Shown: positions 12,497-24,051 of the stretch, one piece after another
Position numbering within the stretch: position 1 is the first letter of the stretch
Layout: every line of letters starts with the position of its first letter
NCBI RefSeq assembly: GCF_006345805.1
Contig: NW_021833954.1
Location: forward strand, 1-52,427
DNA length: 52,427 nt
Source of the DNA: Octopus sinensis
Taxonomy: Eukaryota
Direction of reading: 5' to 3'
Notes under the pieces: generated by a model
The model's database searches: none
Seen by the model: the letters and a program-made list of their open reading frames with translations, nothing else
What the model was told of the DNA's origin: nothing
Position numbers and translations under genes: made by a program

Positions 12497-12663
12497 TACG
12501 ACGGGCTTCTTTCAGTTTCCGTCTACCAAATTCACTCACAAGGCTTTGGTCGGCCCGAGGCTATAGTAGAAGACACTTGCCCAAGGTGTCACACAGTGGG
12601 ACTGAACCCAGAACCATGTGGTTGGTAAGCAAGCTACTTACCACACAGCCACTGCTACGCCTA
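12000..12663 (-). mobile_element. SINE-A with SINE-B nested in its internal microsatellite
   Basis: Both halves of SINE-A flank 12233-12462. Confidence 0.9.
12233..12462 (-). mobile_element. SINE-B (Tx1-like tail)
   Basis: Head GGCGGCGAGCTGGCAGAAACGTTAGC...GAGTTCAAATTCC; tail TTTAGCCCCTTCTGGGTAGTAAAGAAAT. Confidence 0.9.
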
Positions 12664-12684
12664 TATATAGATAGATAATTTTAT

Positions 12685-12897
12685 CTAATTTTGGCACAAT
12701 TCCTGGTTTTTTTAGGGAAACGGGGAATTGGCTACACTGAACCCAATACTTGGTTACGACTTTATTTTATCAACCCCGAAAGAATAAAAGACAAAGTAGA
12801 GTTCGGCTATATTTCAACTCTGAACGCTAAGAGCCGGAAGATATGCCACAAACCATTTTGTGCGACGCGCTAGTGATTCTGCCAGCTCGCTGACTTG
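12685..12897 (-). mobile_element. Older SINE-B, short-tail type
   Basis: Degenerate match to SINE-B. Confidence 0.75.
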
Positions 12898-12913
12898 TAT
12901 GTACAATTAATAG

Positions 12914-13288
12914 TGGAGGCGCAATGGCCCAGTGGTTAGGGCAGCGGACTCGCGGTTTCCATTCCCAGACCGGGCGTTGTGAGTGTTTATTGAGCGAAAA
13001 CACCTAAAAGCTCCACGAGGCTCCGGCAGGGGATGGTGGCGATCCCTGCTGTACTCTTTCACCACAACTTTCTCTCACTCTTACTTCCTGTTTCTGTTGT
13101 ACCTGTATTTCAAGAGGCCGGCCTTGTCACTCTCTGTGTCACGCTGAATATCCCCGAGAACTATGTTAAGGGTGCACGTGTCTGTGGGGTGCTCAGCCAC
13201 TTACACGTTAATTTCACGAGCAGGCTGTTCCGTTGATTCAGATCAACCGGAACCCTCATCGTCGTAACCGTCGGAGTGCTTCCACCCC
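12914..13288 (+). mobile_element. Full-length SINE-C
   Basis: TSD ACAATTAATAG at 12903-12913 and 13289-13299; near-identical to 6198-6580. Confidence 0.92.
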
Positions 13289-13497
13289 ACAATTAATAGC
13301 TGATAATTGTTCATTTCAGTTAATTGTATAGTACTAAATTTCAAAGCAAAACGTTTAACCATTGCTTCGTAACATCTAGTAAATATTGCTTACTTTTCTG
13401 ATTTTCAGTACAAAAGAAAGTAAATGGAGGAATGTGGCAAGAAACAAATTTAAAATACAATGTAGTACAAATAGATGTGTGTATGTGTGTATGAATA

Positions 13498-13771
13498 CTG
13501 TTTGTTCTTTCTCGAGCCATGCCTTGGCGTATTGGTTCCCCACCTTGGCGGGACGCTGGTCCGTCGCAGGCGAGTTGCAAGATGTAGGAGGAAAGAGTGA
13601 GAGAAAGTTGTGGCGAAAGAGTCAGCAGAAGTTCGCCATTACTTTCTGCTGGAGCCACGTGGAGCTTAGGTGTTTCGTTCATAAACACACACATCGCCCG
13701 GTCTGAGATTCGAACCCGCGATCTCTCAACCGTGAGTCTGCTGCTCTAATCACTAGGCCATGAGCCTCCAC
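13498..13771 (-). mobile_element. SINE-C variant
   Basis: TSD GTGTATGAATA at 13487-13497 and 13772-13782. Confidence 0.85.
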
Positions 13772-13802
13772 GTGTATGAATATACATGGATATAAATGCA
13801 TA

Positions 13803-14204
13803 TCTTTTATATTTTACTTATTTCACTCATTGGACTGCAGCCATGATGACGTACTGTCTTGAAGAACTTAATCAATTAAATAGACCCCAATATTTATTCT
13901 CATGTCTAGTACTTATTCTATCGGTCTCTTTTGCAGTACCACGGGATTACTGAAACGTAAACAAACCAACACCGGTGTGAAGCATCGATGGGGGGACAAA
14001 GGCACACACATTCACATACATACACACATACATATGCACATACATATGTACATACTACGTACATATATTCGTACGCACATACATATAAACATGCATACAT
14101 ACACACACACCTATACACAGACGACTGGCTGCTGTACATTTTCCCGCGATTCAATCATAAGACTTTGGTCGACCCGGAGCTATATTAGAAGACATTCCTC
14201 AAGG
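13803..14204 (-). mobile_element. Diverged SINE-A; its head is replaced by the duplicated block
   Basis: SINE-A motifs up to AGAAGACATTCCTCAAGG. Confidence 0.75.
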
Positions 14205-14205
14205 A

Positions 14206-14658
14206 ATAGTAGAAGACACTTGCCCAAGGTGTCACACAGTGGGACTGAACCCAGAACCATGTGGTTGGTAAGCAAGCTACTTACCACACAGCCACTGCTA
14301 CGCCTATATATAGATAGATAATTTTATCTAATTTTGGCACAATTCCTGGTTTTTTTAGGGAAACGGGGAATTGGCTACACTGAACCCAATACTTGGTTAC
14401 GACTTTATTTTATCAACCCCGAAAGAATAAAAGACAAAGTAGAGTTCGGCTATATTTCAACTCTGAACGCTAAGAGCCGGAAGATATGTCACAAACCATT
14501 TTGTGCGACGCGCTAGTGATTCTGCCAGCTCGCTGACTTGTATGTACAATTAATAGTGGAGGCGCAATGGCCCAGTGGTTAGGGCAGCGGACTCGCGGTT
14601 TCCATTCCCAGACCGGGCGTTGTGAGTGTTTATTGAGCGAAAACACCTAAAAGCTCCA
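14206..14658 (+). repeat. 453-bp direct duplicate of 12563-13015
   Basis: Constant offset of 1643; one substitution noticed (ATATGCCACA vs ATATGTCACA). Confidence 0.92.
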
Positions 14659-14774
14659 GTGAACATCGACCCAAAACCGCATATTTGCAAACTGAGTTTC
14701 TTCATCACACTGACATGCTTGTGCCAATATTGCATGTTATTGCAAATACAATGGTTAAGGACAATTCTAAATAT

Positions 14775-15207
14775 TGCTTTCAAATTTTAGCACAAGCCCA
14801 CTAATTTCAGGAGGGGAGCTAAGTCGATTACATCAATCCCAGTGCTCAAGTGGTACTTATTCTAAGGCGGCGAGCTGGCAGAAACGTTAGCACCCGGGCA
14901 AAATGCTTAGCGGTATTTCGTCTGTCGTTACGTTGTGAGTTCAAATTCCGCCGAGGTCGACTTTGCCTTTCATCCTTTTGGGGTCGATAAATTAAGTACC
15001 ATTTACGCACTGGGGTCGATGTAATCGACTTAATACCTATGTCTGTCCTTGTTTGTCCCTTCTATGTTTAGCCCCTTGTGGGTAATAAAGAAATAGGTAC
15101 TTATTCTATCGACCTCGGCGGAATTTGAACTCAGTACATAAAGACGGACGAAATGCCGCTAAGCATTATGCCTGGTGTGCTAACGAGTTTTTCAGCACGC
15201 CGCCTAA
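14775..15207 (-). mobile_element. Old SINE-B split by a younger SINE-B
   Basis: Halves at 14775-14864 and 15096-15207. Confidence 0.8.
14865..15095 (+). mobile_element. Full-length SINE-B (Tx1-like tail)
   Basis: 13-bp TSD GGTACTTATTCTA at 14852-14864 and 15096-15108. Confidence 0.92.
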
Positions 15208-15434
15208 GAACGATTTTAGATATTAATGAAATTCGACGAACATGTAGTCGATACGGATCGCTTTAATTGGAGGTTAGGCATGCGTAATAATATTTTAAAT
15301 AGTGATTTGTCAATCATTGTTTTTCTATATCAGTAGAGGCTAAAATTGCTTGAGCTTGCGGTTGCACACACATACACACACATATGCATACACATTTCGG
15401 CATGTGTGGCTTACTTTCTATTTTTCGTGCCATA

Positions 15435-15751
15435 TAAAGGGGTAAAGACCCCCTTCGGTCATGAATGACCATGGGATTGCACCTAGAAAGTTACCCTCCT
15501 AGACACAAGTCCGGGCAAGGTTGTTTATGGAAGACCAGCAGTCGCCCATGCATACCAGCCTCCCCTCTCCACGCCACCAGTGTTATCCAAGGGAAAGACA
15601 AAGGTCGCAACTCATTTCTACAACTGAGTGAACTGGAGCAACGTGAAATAAAGTGCCTTGCTCAAGAACACAACACGCAGCCCGGTCCGGGATTCGAGCT
15701 CACAACCTCACGATCGTAAGCTCGACGCTCTAACCACTGAGCCATGCGCCT
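15435..15751 (-). mobile_element. SINE-D with an RTE-like tail
   Basis: tRNA-like head GGCGCATGGCTCAGTGGTTAGAGCGTCG; tail CCTTTG..TTTCCCTTGGATAAC...GGTCATTCATGACCGAAGGGGG resembles RTE UTR-derived SINE tails (from recall). Confidence 0.75.
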
Positions 15752-16168
15752 GTATAAGAAATATTCTCATGTATCAATACTCAGTGATAGACAACACTTT
15801 TTGTGTTTCCCCTTTCAAGTCATAAACAACTTTTAATACATAAAGCGCTTTTTTTTTTTTCAGAATTAATGTATAATACTTATTTCACAAGTTGTCCTTG
15901 GAATATTTTTTTAATGACCAACTTTGAAATTTGAGTTCTCTTTGTAAAGAATTTTTACAGCTCTACGTTCCTTTTCTCTTTATCACTCCGTGCATAACTT
16001 AAATTTTATTCCTTTTTATTTCACATTAAGTTAGATGCCTGCCTTTGATGAAGGTATTACATGTTTAAATGGTCTTTGACAACTGCCTGTTGCTAGAGAC
16101 ATATGGATGTGAGGCTTATCGAGATATATATATATATATATATATATGCCTGTTGGGTTCGGCTATTC

Positions 16169-16207
16169 TGCATTGATAAAGGGCAAATACCCTGAAACAT
16201 GTCTGCA
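16169..16207 (+). ncRNA. Minimal type-I hammerhead ribozyme (degenerate core)
   Basis: tgca-TTGATAA-aggg(caaata)ccct-GAAA-CATG-TC-tgca: stems I and II paired, palindromic stem III ACATGT, GUC triplet; next to (TA)n. Confidence 0.65.
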
Positions 16208-16387
16208 CATGCCTGACCAGCAAGAGGAAGTGGCTGACCTCCCCTGTTCAAAGGTTATAATGGACACAAGTTCGTCTGTCGTATAGCTAGCTAGAGGCGA
16301 TGGCCTCTTGGAGCTAATCAACAGCAGCTTTCGTCCTATATTTATGGACTGCCATATAAGCTTGGCGATAACTATTAATATATATAG

Positions 16388-16680
16388 TGGAGGCGCAATG
16401 GCCTAGTGGTTAGGGCAGCGGACTCGCGGTTTCGATTCCCAGACCTGGCGTTGTGCGTGTTTATTGAGCGAAAACACCTAAAAAGCTCCACGAGGCTCCG
16501 GCAGGGGGTGGTGATCCCTGCTGTACTCTTTCACCACTCTTTCTCCCACTCTTTCTTCTGTTGGCCTGCTCGCTTAGCCAGCGGGGTGGCGTCATTCGAA
16601 GGCTAAAACAATGCGAACGCATTGTGACCAGCGATGTGTAACAACATCTGATGGTCTGGTCGGTCACGTGATCACGTGAT
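16388..16680 (+). mobile_element. SINE-C with another tail type
   Basis: Head as at 12914; tail ...GCATTGTGACCAGCGATGTGTAACAACATCTGATGG...CACGTGATCACGTGA. Confidence 0.85.
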
Positions 16681-16703
16681 ATATATATATATATATATGT
16701 ATA

Positions 16704-16851
16704 TCCCGATCTTTTACTGGGCTTAGAAAGATTGAAGGACCGCTGCAATAAGTATGTGAATTCGAGAGGAAAATATAATGAATAAAATCATAATTTAATG
16801 ATCCTCCTGTATTTCTTTTACCAAACGCCAGGAACTTTTCAGCACCACCTC

Positions 16852-16853
<2 letters not shown>
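16704..16853 (+). mobile_element. Mariner-derived MITE, 3' part
   Basis: TIR CCAGGAACTTTTCAGCACCACCTCG-TA; residual transposase C-terminus (LKDRCNKYVNSRGKYNE*); same family as 47882 and 52128. Confidence 0.75.
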
Positions 16854-16906
<53 letters not shown>

Positions 16907-17045
16907 ATGAGAAAAGGAAGAAAATGGTGGATTGATATGCAGACGTCAGTTTATTCAATGATATTAAAAACCGTATAATAAAATTCCTGTCCTACAGCCG
17001 TTTCCATATATGATTAGTTGAATTACAGATATTAGATTAATAAAG

Positions 17046-17280
17046 AAGGCGGTGAGCTGGCAGAAACGCTAGCACGCCGGGCGAAATGCTTAGCGGTATT
17101 TCGTCTGCCGTTACATTCTGAGTTCAAATCCCGCCGAGGTCGACTTTGCCTTTCATCCTTTCGGGGTCGATAGATAAGTACCAGTTACGTACTGTGGTCG
17201 ATATAATCGACTTAATCGTTTGTCTGTCTTTGTTTGTCCTTTCTGTGTTTAGCTCCTTGTGGGCAATAAAGGAATAAGAA
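17046..17280 (+). mobile_element. SINE-B (Tx1-like tail)
   Basis: Head AAGGCGGTGAGCTGGCAGAA; tail AGCTCCTTGTGGGCAATAAAG. Confidence 0.9.
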
Positions 17281-17525
17281 ATTAAATTGATTTAATTTAA
17301 ATTTTCATATTGAAACTGGCTAATTGGGTATTTCATCAGGGGAGAATTTTCTCAAATGGAAGTTACATTTCAGTGTGTTGGCTGACCTACGACAAATATT
17401 TAGTTTTCACTGGACACCTGACATAAACCGGAGAACTAGGATGCTAGCATCCCTTTAAAGGAGTAGAGGTCCTTGACACAATTTAATATGTATGTATGTA
17501 TGTATGTATGTATGTGTATATATAT

Positions 17526-17566
<41 letters not shown>

Positions 17567-17567
<1 letters not shown>

Positions 17568-17902
17568 ATATTAGAAGAAATGAGGTACTCAGAAATTCGG
17601 ATGGTTTTATATATTACGTGTTTTTATACATCATGTAACTTATATCATATATCATATATATTAGGGCTTTCGTCCATTCTGGTGACTTTTTCAAATGGAA
17701 CTTAGCCACCAGAATGGAACTTAGTTCCATTTGAAGAAGTCACCAGAATGGACGCAATTTGAAAAATCCACCAGAATGGACGAAAGCGCTAATATATGAT
17801 ATATGATATAAGTTATATGATTTATAAAAACATGCAATATACAAATAATATCTGTACATATAAAACCATCTGAATTTCTGAGTACCTCATTTCTTCTAAT
17901 AT
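17567..17902. mobile_element. Foldback/palindromic MITE in (TA)n
   Basis: TATATTAGAAGAAATGAGGTACTCAGAAATT / AATTTCTGAGTACCTCATTTCTTCTAATATA; inner repeats CACCAGAATGGA. Confidence 0.8.
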
Positions 17903-17933
17903 AAATACTTGTACATCATCTCCAAACTTTCTA

Positions 17934-17995
<62 letters not shown>

Positions 17996-19411
17996 CAATA
18001 TATATATATATATATATATATAGTATATATATATATTATATATATATATGTTAATAAATAGAACATATGCATATATATAAACATATATGTACGTACCTAC
18101 CTCTACATGTACATATACACGCATATATGTGTACAGGACACCAAAAAGACGTCGACACATAGAGAGACGAAACACATAGACACAAACCAAGGAACAAGAC
18201 AGCAAAAAAAGAGAGATACAGGACAATAAGCACAACGAAAAATCCCCTTCTTCAGTCGCTAAGGTTTCATCTACTAAACGTTTCGAAGGTGTGTTGTGTG
18301 TGTGTGTGTGTTGTATATATATATTTGTTTTTCATTTAGAGATAGTAGGCCCCTATTTCACTTTCTCATAGTTTGATACTGTAAACTATATTTTAATTTT
18401 TTAAACAAATAAGTATGCGTAAAATAGGTATAAGTGAATAAAATATAAGTAATTTATGAAGAGGTACAGGTGTCAATTCATTATATTATGTGTGTGTGTG
18501 TATTTGGAGAGAGAGTGTGCATGTATGTAATGTGATATATATGTATATACATACATATATATATACACACACACACACACATCTATATATGTATATATAT
18601 ACATACATACATATATATATATATATATGTATATATATATGTATGTATGTAGATGCATATATAAGTATATGTATGGATGTATATACATATATATCATATT
18701 AATATACTCCACAAACTCTTTCCTCTCTCTTATATAGATATATATATATATTATATATATTATATATATATATAGTATAGTGTGGGTGTATGTAGGTATG
18801 TATGTATGGATATGTATGTATATACATATATGTAAGTATATACATATATATCACATAACATACATGCATATATACACTTACGCACTAAACATACATAATA
18901 CACGTGTCACATACTACCGCGCACACGAGCTACACACACGCACACGCACACACACACACACACGCACACGCACACGCACACCCACGCACACGCACGCACG
19001 CACTCGAACATACGCAAGCAAGAAAAAACACATAACACGTATTTATCATGCACGTATGTGTAAAGTGTTCACAAGAACCGACTCTCCTAAGTTTCCCACA
19101 GGAACACGTGTTTCAGTCAGCCTCTTTTCTTTAGATTCTCACAGATCCCATGGTGTTAAATTAAAAAAGCCTTTAGTCAGCATCATTTTAGCTAATTCAA
19201 GAATGTTAACCTTAGAGACATCAGACAAAACTTAAATTAAAAGAAGAAAAGGGAAGCAGCTTGCAAATTCATTCAATCAACCATCCATCATTTTTACCAC
19301 ATGTGACTTCTGAGGTTATTTTCTTCCATACACCTGTCTGTTAGTAATGTTTGCTGTTATGTGTAATATATCTCGGTTATTAATAAATAACAACACAAAA
19401 ATCTGCTGTAT

Positions 19412-19817
19412 TTTATCTTTTTTTATCTTTTTTACTTGTTTCAGTCATCTGACTGCGGCCATGCTGGAGCACCGCCTTTAGTCGAGCAACTCGACCCCCG
19501 GGACTTATTCTTTTGTAAGCCCAGTACTTATTCTATCGGCCTCTTTTGCCGAACCGCTAAGATACGGGGACATAGACACACCAGCATCGGCTGTCAAGCA
19601 ATGCTAGGGGGACAAACACATACACGCATATATATATATATATACATATATACGGCGGGCTTCTTTCAGTTTCCGTCTACCAAATCCACTCACAAGGCTT
19701 TGGTCGGTCCGAGGCTACAGTAGAAGACACTTGCCAAGGTGCCATGCAGTGGGACTGAACTCGGAACCATGTGGTTGGTAAGCAAGCTACTTACCACACA
19801 GCCACTCCTGCGCCTAT
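19412..19817 (-). mobile_element. Full-length SINE-A
   Basis: Complete head to tail. Confidence 0.9.
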
Positions 19818-20145
19818 GTGTAATAGAAATTTATATAGATAATTTCGTCCCAGCATTTGCGAAGACTTTTGTAGTTATTTTCTTTATTTGTTTTCTCTTC
19901 GTGTTTACCGTTGTCTGAATTTTACATCAGCATCATTTTTATCTTTATTATAATTATTATATATTTTTAAACACTGGACTTCACAGCAGATGATAAAGCT
20001 ATAGATAATAGCGAGTAATTATTGGATTAAAAATGTCTTTAGTATTATCATCCGCTTCGAGATCCAATGTTCCAAGAGAAAAAATTATTTCACGTTCTCT
20101 CGAAGTCTATACACTCTTGTTTATCATTTACTTATTATTATTATT

Positions 20146-21228
20146 AAGCGCTTCCTAGACGGTGAACAGGTGTGGTCGTCTTTTGTCAGACGCGATTTCC
20201 GCAGCTGTCCTCTTTGACGGAGCTGCAGACCTGGATCAAACGTAGACAGAGAAAGGGCGCTTGGCACCTCGAGTGCCGTCAAGCCTCTCCGCCCTCCACC
20301 AGGCGGGCAATGCGGTCGGTTACAGCTCCACTCTAGCGTTCTATAGAGGGGTTAGGGGAGGAAAATGCGACGACGTTCGGGGAAACTCTAGGCGTGAAGA
20401 CGACGAACTGAGCGGTCTGTCGGGAGGACTCGGGCCGGGGCCGATGGATAATTTCAGAGGTCTCTAGCCTGGCAGTGCTACCGAGGGGCTCTGCCTGTTC
20501 GAGATAAACTCTACCGGCGGAGTGCCGTCGCCGGGCCTGCCCGAGGTGTTGCCAGGACGACGAAACCTTCTGCACGCACTCGTCCAGTGCCCGGTATTGT
20601 GCTTGAAATATGGGTTATATGTCGAACAGCTACTGTCACGTGTAGGACGGATCCGACTATCGGCCGAATCCATAGTGAAGATTGCCCCGCCGACCTCCTT
20701 TAACAGGAGGGCGAGGCCGTTTGCTGGCCTTGTGGCTGTGGCGAAGCGAAAAGAAGTTCGTGTGTTGGACTCGTTGAAAGGGCTAAAGTCAGACACTTCC
20801 TCTTTGGTCAAGGCCTCATCAACTTTTTCAAGTTCACTGAAAAGGAAGATGAGGTTTAGAGAGGAAAGTGCTGTCGATAGCAAGTTTTATGAAAGGTGGG
20901 TGAATTGTGCGAGACTGGCTGTATTAAATGGACCAGTTCTCAGGTTTCGCCGTGATTTCAAAAAGGTAATAACAAAGGAGAAGAAAGGGGACTCTCTACA
21001 CCCCCTTTTTAGACCAGGCTCCCGTGGCTTTGTAGGTTTTTTTCCACCAGGAACCTTCGAGACGTCTCCCCCTTTGGAGAGTTTTTTCATTTTGCATTTT
21101 ATAAGTTGTTATAAAGATTTTTACTCGATGTTTTTAAAAAAACGGCAAAACCCTTTGTAACCTTTCGTCCTGTCGTGTCCCTTTATGTAATCATGGGTTT
21201 CAGCCCTTGTGGGCAATAAAAAAGAATT
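20146..21228 (+). mobile_element. 5'-truncated Tx1/L1-clade LINE (ORF2 C-terminus with zf-RVT CCHC finger, plus 3' UTR)
   Basis: Frameshift-corrected translation: ...PMDNF-RSLAWQCYRGALPVRDKLYR...CPRCCQDDET-LHALVQCP...YVEQLLSRVGRIRLSAESIVKI; 3' end AGCCCTTGTGGGCAATAAAAAAGAA; GC-rich island. Confidence 0.85.
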
Positions 21229-21229
21229 G

Positions 21230-21271
<42 letters not shown>

Positions 21272-21449
21272 TATTATTATTGTTATTATTATATTATTAT
21301 TATTTCAGAAGGCAGTGGGATGGCTAAATCGTTAGCATGCTGGGTAAAATGCTTCCTCGAAACTGCCGGTCTTGTGCCAAAATTTGAAACTATCATCATC
21401 ATCATCATCATCATCATCATTATTATTATTATCATTATCATTATCATCA

Positions 21450-21484
<35 letters not shown>

Positions 21485-21522
21485 GTTATTGTTATTGTTA
21501 TTATTATTATTATAATTATTAT
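21229..21522. repeat. (ATT)n/(ATC)n microsatellites around a deleted SINE-B remnant (21308-21390)
   Basis: Direct inspection. Confidence 0.85.
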
Positions 21523-22030
21523 CCATAAGTGGTACGAAGGAAGCTTGCAATCTACTCCAGCAAACAGTGTAACCTCTGTAAACCTGACAAATGTTCTGCC
21601 GTGGCAACCGTGTTTCATTCAATCCAAGAAATGATTTTTACCTCACCAGTTCATTTCCATATAACAAGGAACCTTCCGGAACCATGGAGTTGCCGAAAAA
21701 GATTATAGCAAAACATTCCGTTGTGATAAGGAATTTTAAAATTCACCGATCACTTAGATGCTCTTTCCTTTATCTCTGCATTAGAATTTCTTAACTAGGA
21801 TTATCTATACCCATCTAAGATTTGGGAACCAAAACCCTGGGAGTACGGGACTCTTTCCTTAATATCCTTGTTTTTATTTTATTTTTTCGTTTTTTGTAAG
21901 AAATATGGTTTTATTTTCCCTTTCTCTTTTTTTATTTTCTAAATGTAAAGTAAAACCAAGCTATTGATAGCTTTTGAAGTGCTTGGCATCTTATAGGATG
22001 GTGATGTTGGTTGTCATAGAGATGACGATA

Positions 22031-22070
<40 letters not shown>

Positions 22071-22424
22071 CGATGATGATAATGTATAGGCCATATTGTG
22101 GGGTGTTGGGGGATTAGAATAGTAAAACGTCTCATTGAGCCATAATTTGGGGGGTTCAGCAATGTTAAAAAGATTAAAAACCCTCCGTTCTAGATCATTA
22201 TATTTTGATAATTTTTCAACCTTTTACCAAATTATATTCGCGTTACTCGATGAAGAAAAATTTATATATCCACCTTTGATAAATATTTTTGCTTTAGTTT
22301 GTTTTCTACTTTCCTGTCAGTCTATATGTGTAAACCATTATACGCAAGCGGCACTTTTAGTTAAGTGTTAATATCAACTCTTTGTCAACCCAGTAATCTC
22401 TTACATGTATCACTATCGAATGGA

Positions 22425-22668
22425 CAATCGGATGCTGTTATACACAATGCTAGTCGCAGTCCGCTTCTCCGTATTGTTGTAGCTTGGATTGATGCCACCC
22501 TGCTGGCTAAAATGGTAGGCCAGCATTTCTCCCATAAACGCAGCACCGGTTCGTTACAGAGTTACCCACTTATAGCTGGGTGGATTGCAGGAAGGTAATC
22601 TGAAATCTGAAGTGTTTTGCTCACGGTCACGTGAGTGCAACATCTTAACCACTAGGTCATGTGCCTTC
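22425..22668 (-). mobile_element. Diverged SINE-D
   Basis: Head AAGGCACATGACCTAGTGGTTAAGATGTTGCACTCACG on the minus strand; tail resembles that of 16388-16680. Confidence 0.65.
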
Positions 22669-23245
22669 ACATGTTCAATATAATTTGGTAAAAACTTGAC
22701 AGTGTTGGGCAATGTGATATAGCATTTTCTAATACTCACTGCATGTTGGGTCTTTTTTGCGCTTCTTTTTAATTTCTTGGATGTGAATTCAAATATTCGT
22801 CTATAAAGCTGTCTAATTTTTAAACCGATACTATTAAGCTACTTTTGGCTTCTTACTACATTTATCTTGGTACTATACAGATGAAGGACTAGTGTGCCAT
22901 TTCTACTTAGCAACTACCATGTCCGTTTGTCTCATACAGTCATTTTCAATAGTTTTTATTTTATCTTATTTCATTTTCAGTTGGTATGCCGTTTTTTTTA
23001 TACTAATTACTTCCTTATCTATAGAAAAAAAACAAAAAAAAAAACAGTTTTATTCTTATCGTTCTTTCTAATTAATTAGCAGAAATATTTCACTGCTTTT
23101 TATGAAGTATTTTATAAGTCTTTTTTTCAATGCATAAGGAAGTATGTTCTGCTTAATTTGTATTTAGAGTTGTGTTATTTTATGAGTGATATCATTGTTA
23201 TTATTATTTTACACGTCATTACGTTCTGAGTAATGCATATATTAG

Positions 23246-23302
<57 letters not shown>

Positions 23303-23346
23303 CGATTCTTACAGTTCGTCGCCTTCATAATAATAATTATGATAAT

Positions 23347-23745
23347 CCTTTCTGTTGGCGGCACAAGACCTCAAATTTGGGGCGCGGGGATTAGTCGATT
23401 ACATCGAACCCAGTATTTCACTGATACTTAATTTATCGACCCCGAAAAGATGACAGGCAGAGCGAAGCGGCAGACGAAATACAGTTAAGCATTTCGCCCA
23501 GTATGCTAACGATTCTGACAGCTCGCCGACTTAATAATAATAATAATTTTTGCCACAAGGGCAGCTTGGGGTGGGGGTGAGTCGATTACATCGACTCCAG
23601 TGTTCAACTGGTACTTATTTTATCGACCTTGACAGGATGAAATGCAATGTCGACATCGCCGAAATTTGAACTCGGAACGTATAGGCAGACAAAATACCAC
23701 TCAGCTTTTCGCTCGGCGTGCTAACGATTCTGCCAGTTCGTCGCC

Positions 23746-23748
<3 letters not shown>
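23347..23748 (-). mobile_element. Two tandem SINE-B copies separated and flanked by (TAA)n
   Basis: Copies at 23347-23533 and 23548-23748. Confidence 0.85.
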
Positions 23749-23786
<38 letters not shown>

Positions 23787-23982
23787 CTTTTACTTGTTTC
23801 AATCATTATGCCACGGCCATGCTGGGGCACCGCCTTGAAGAATTTTTAGCCGAATGAATCGACCCCAGTACATTTTTTTAGCCTGGTATTTATTCTATTG
23901 ATTTCTTTTGCCGAACCACTAAGTTGCGAGAGCGTAAGCACCCACACAGGATCAAGTGGTGATGGGGACACAAAGACACAAA

Positions 23983-24022
<40 letters not shown>

Positions 24023-24051
24023 CATGCACCACAGGCTTCTTTTAGTTTCCA
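23787..24051 (-). mobile_element. SINE-A, 5'-truncated
   Basis: Family motifs. Confidence 0.8.

Noticed and set aside
12691-14516. Two identical 60-aa ORFs suggesting a duplicated gene
   Set aside because: They lie antisense in a SINE-B within the 453-bp duplication.
20464-21090. Minus-strand ORFs (67 aa and 139 aa, in frame across one stop) with a knuckle-like HNTGHWTSAC
   Set aside because: Antisense shadow of the plus-strand Tx1 ORF2, which carries the recognisable zf-RVT motifs.
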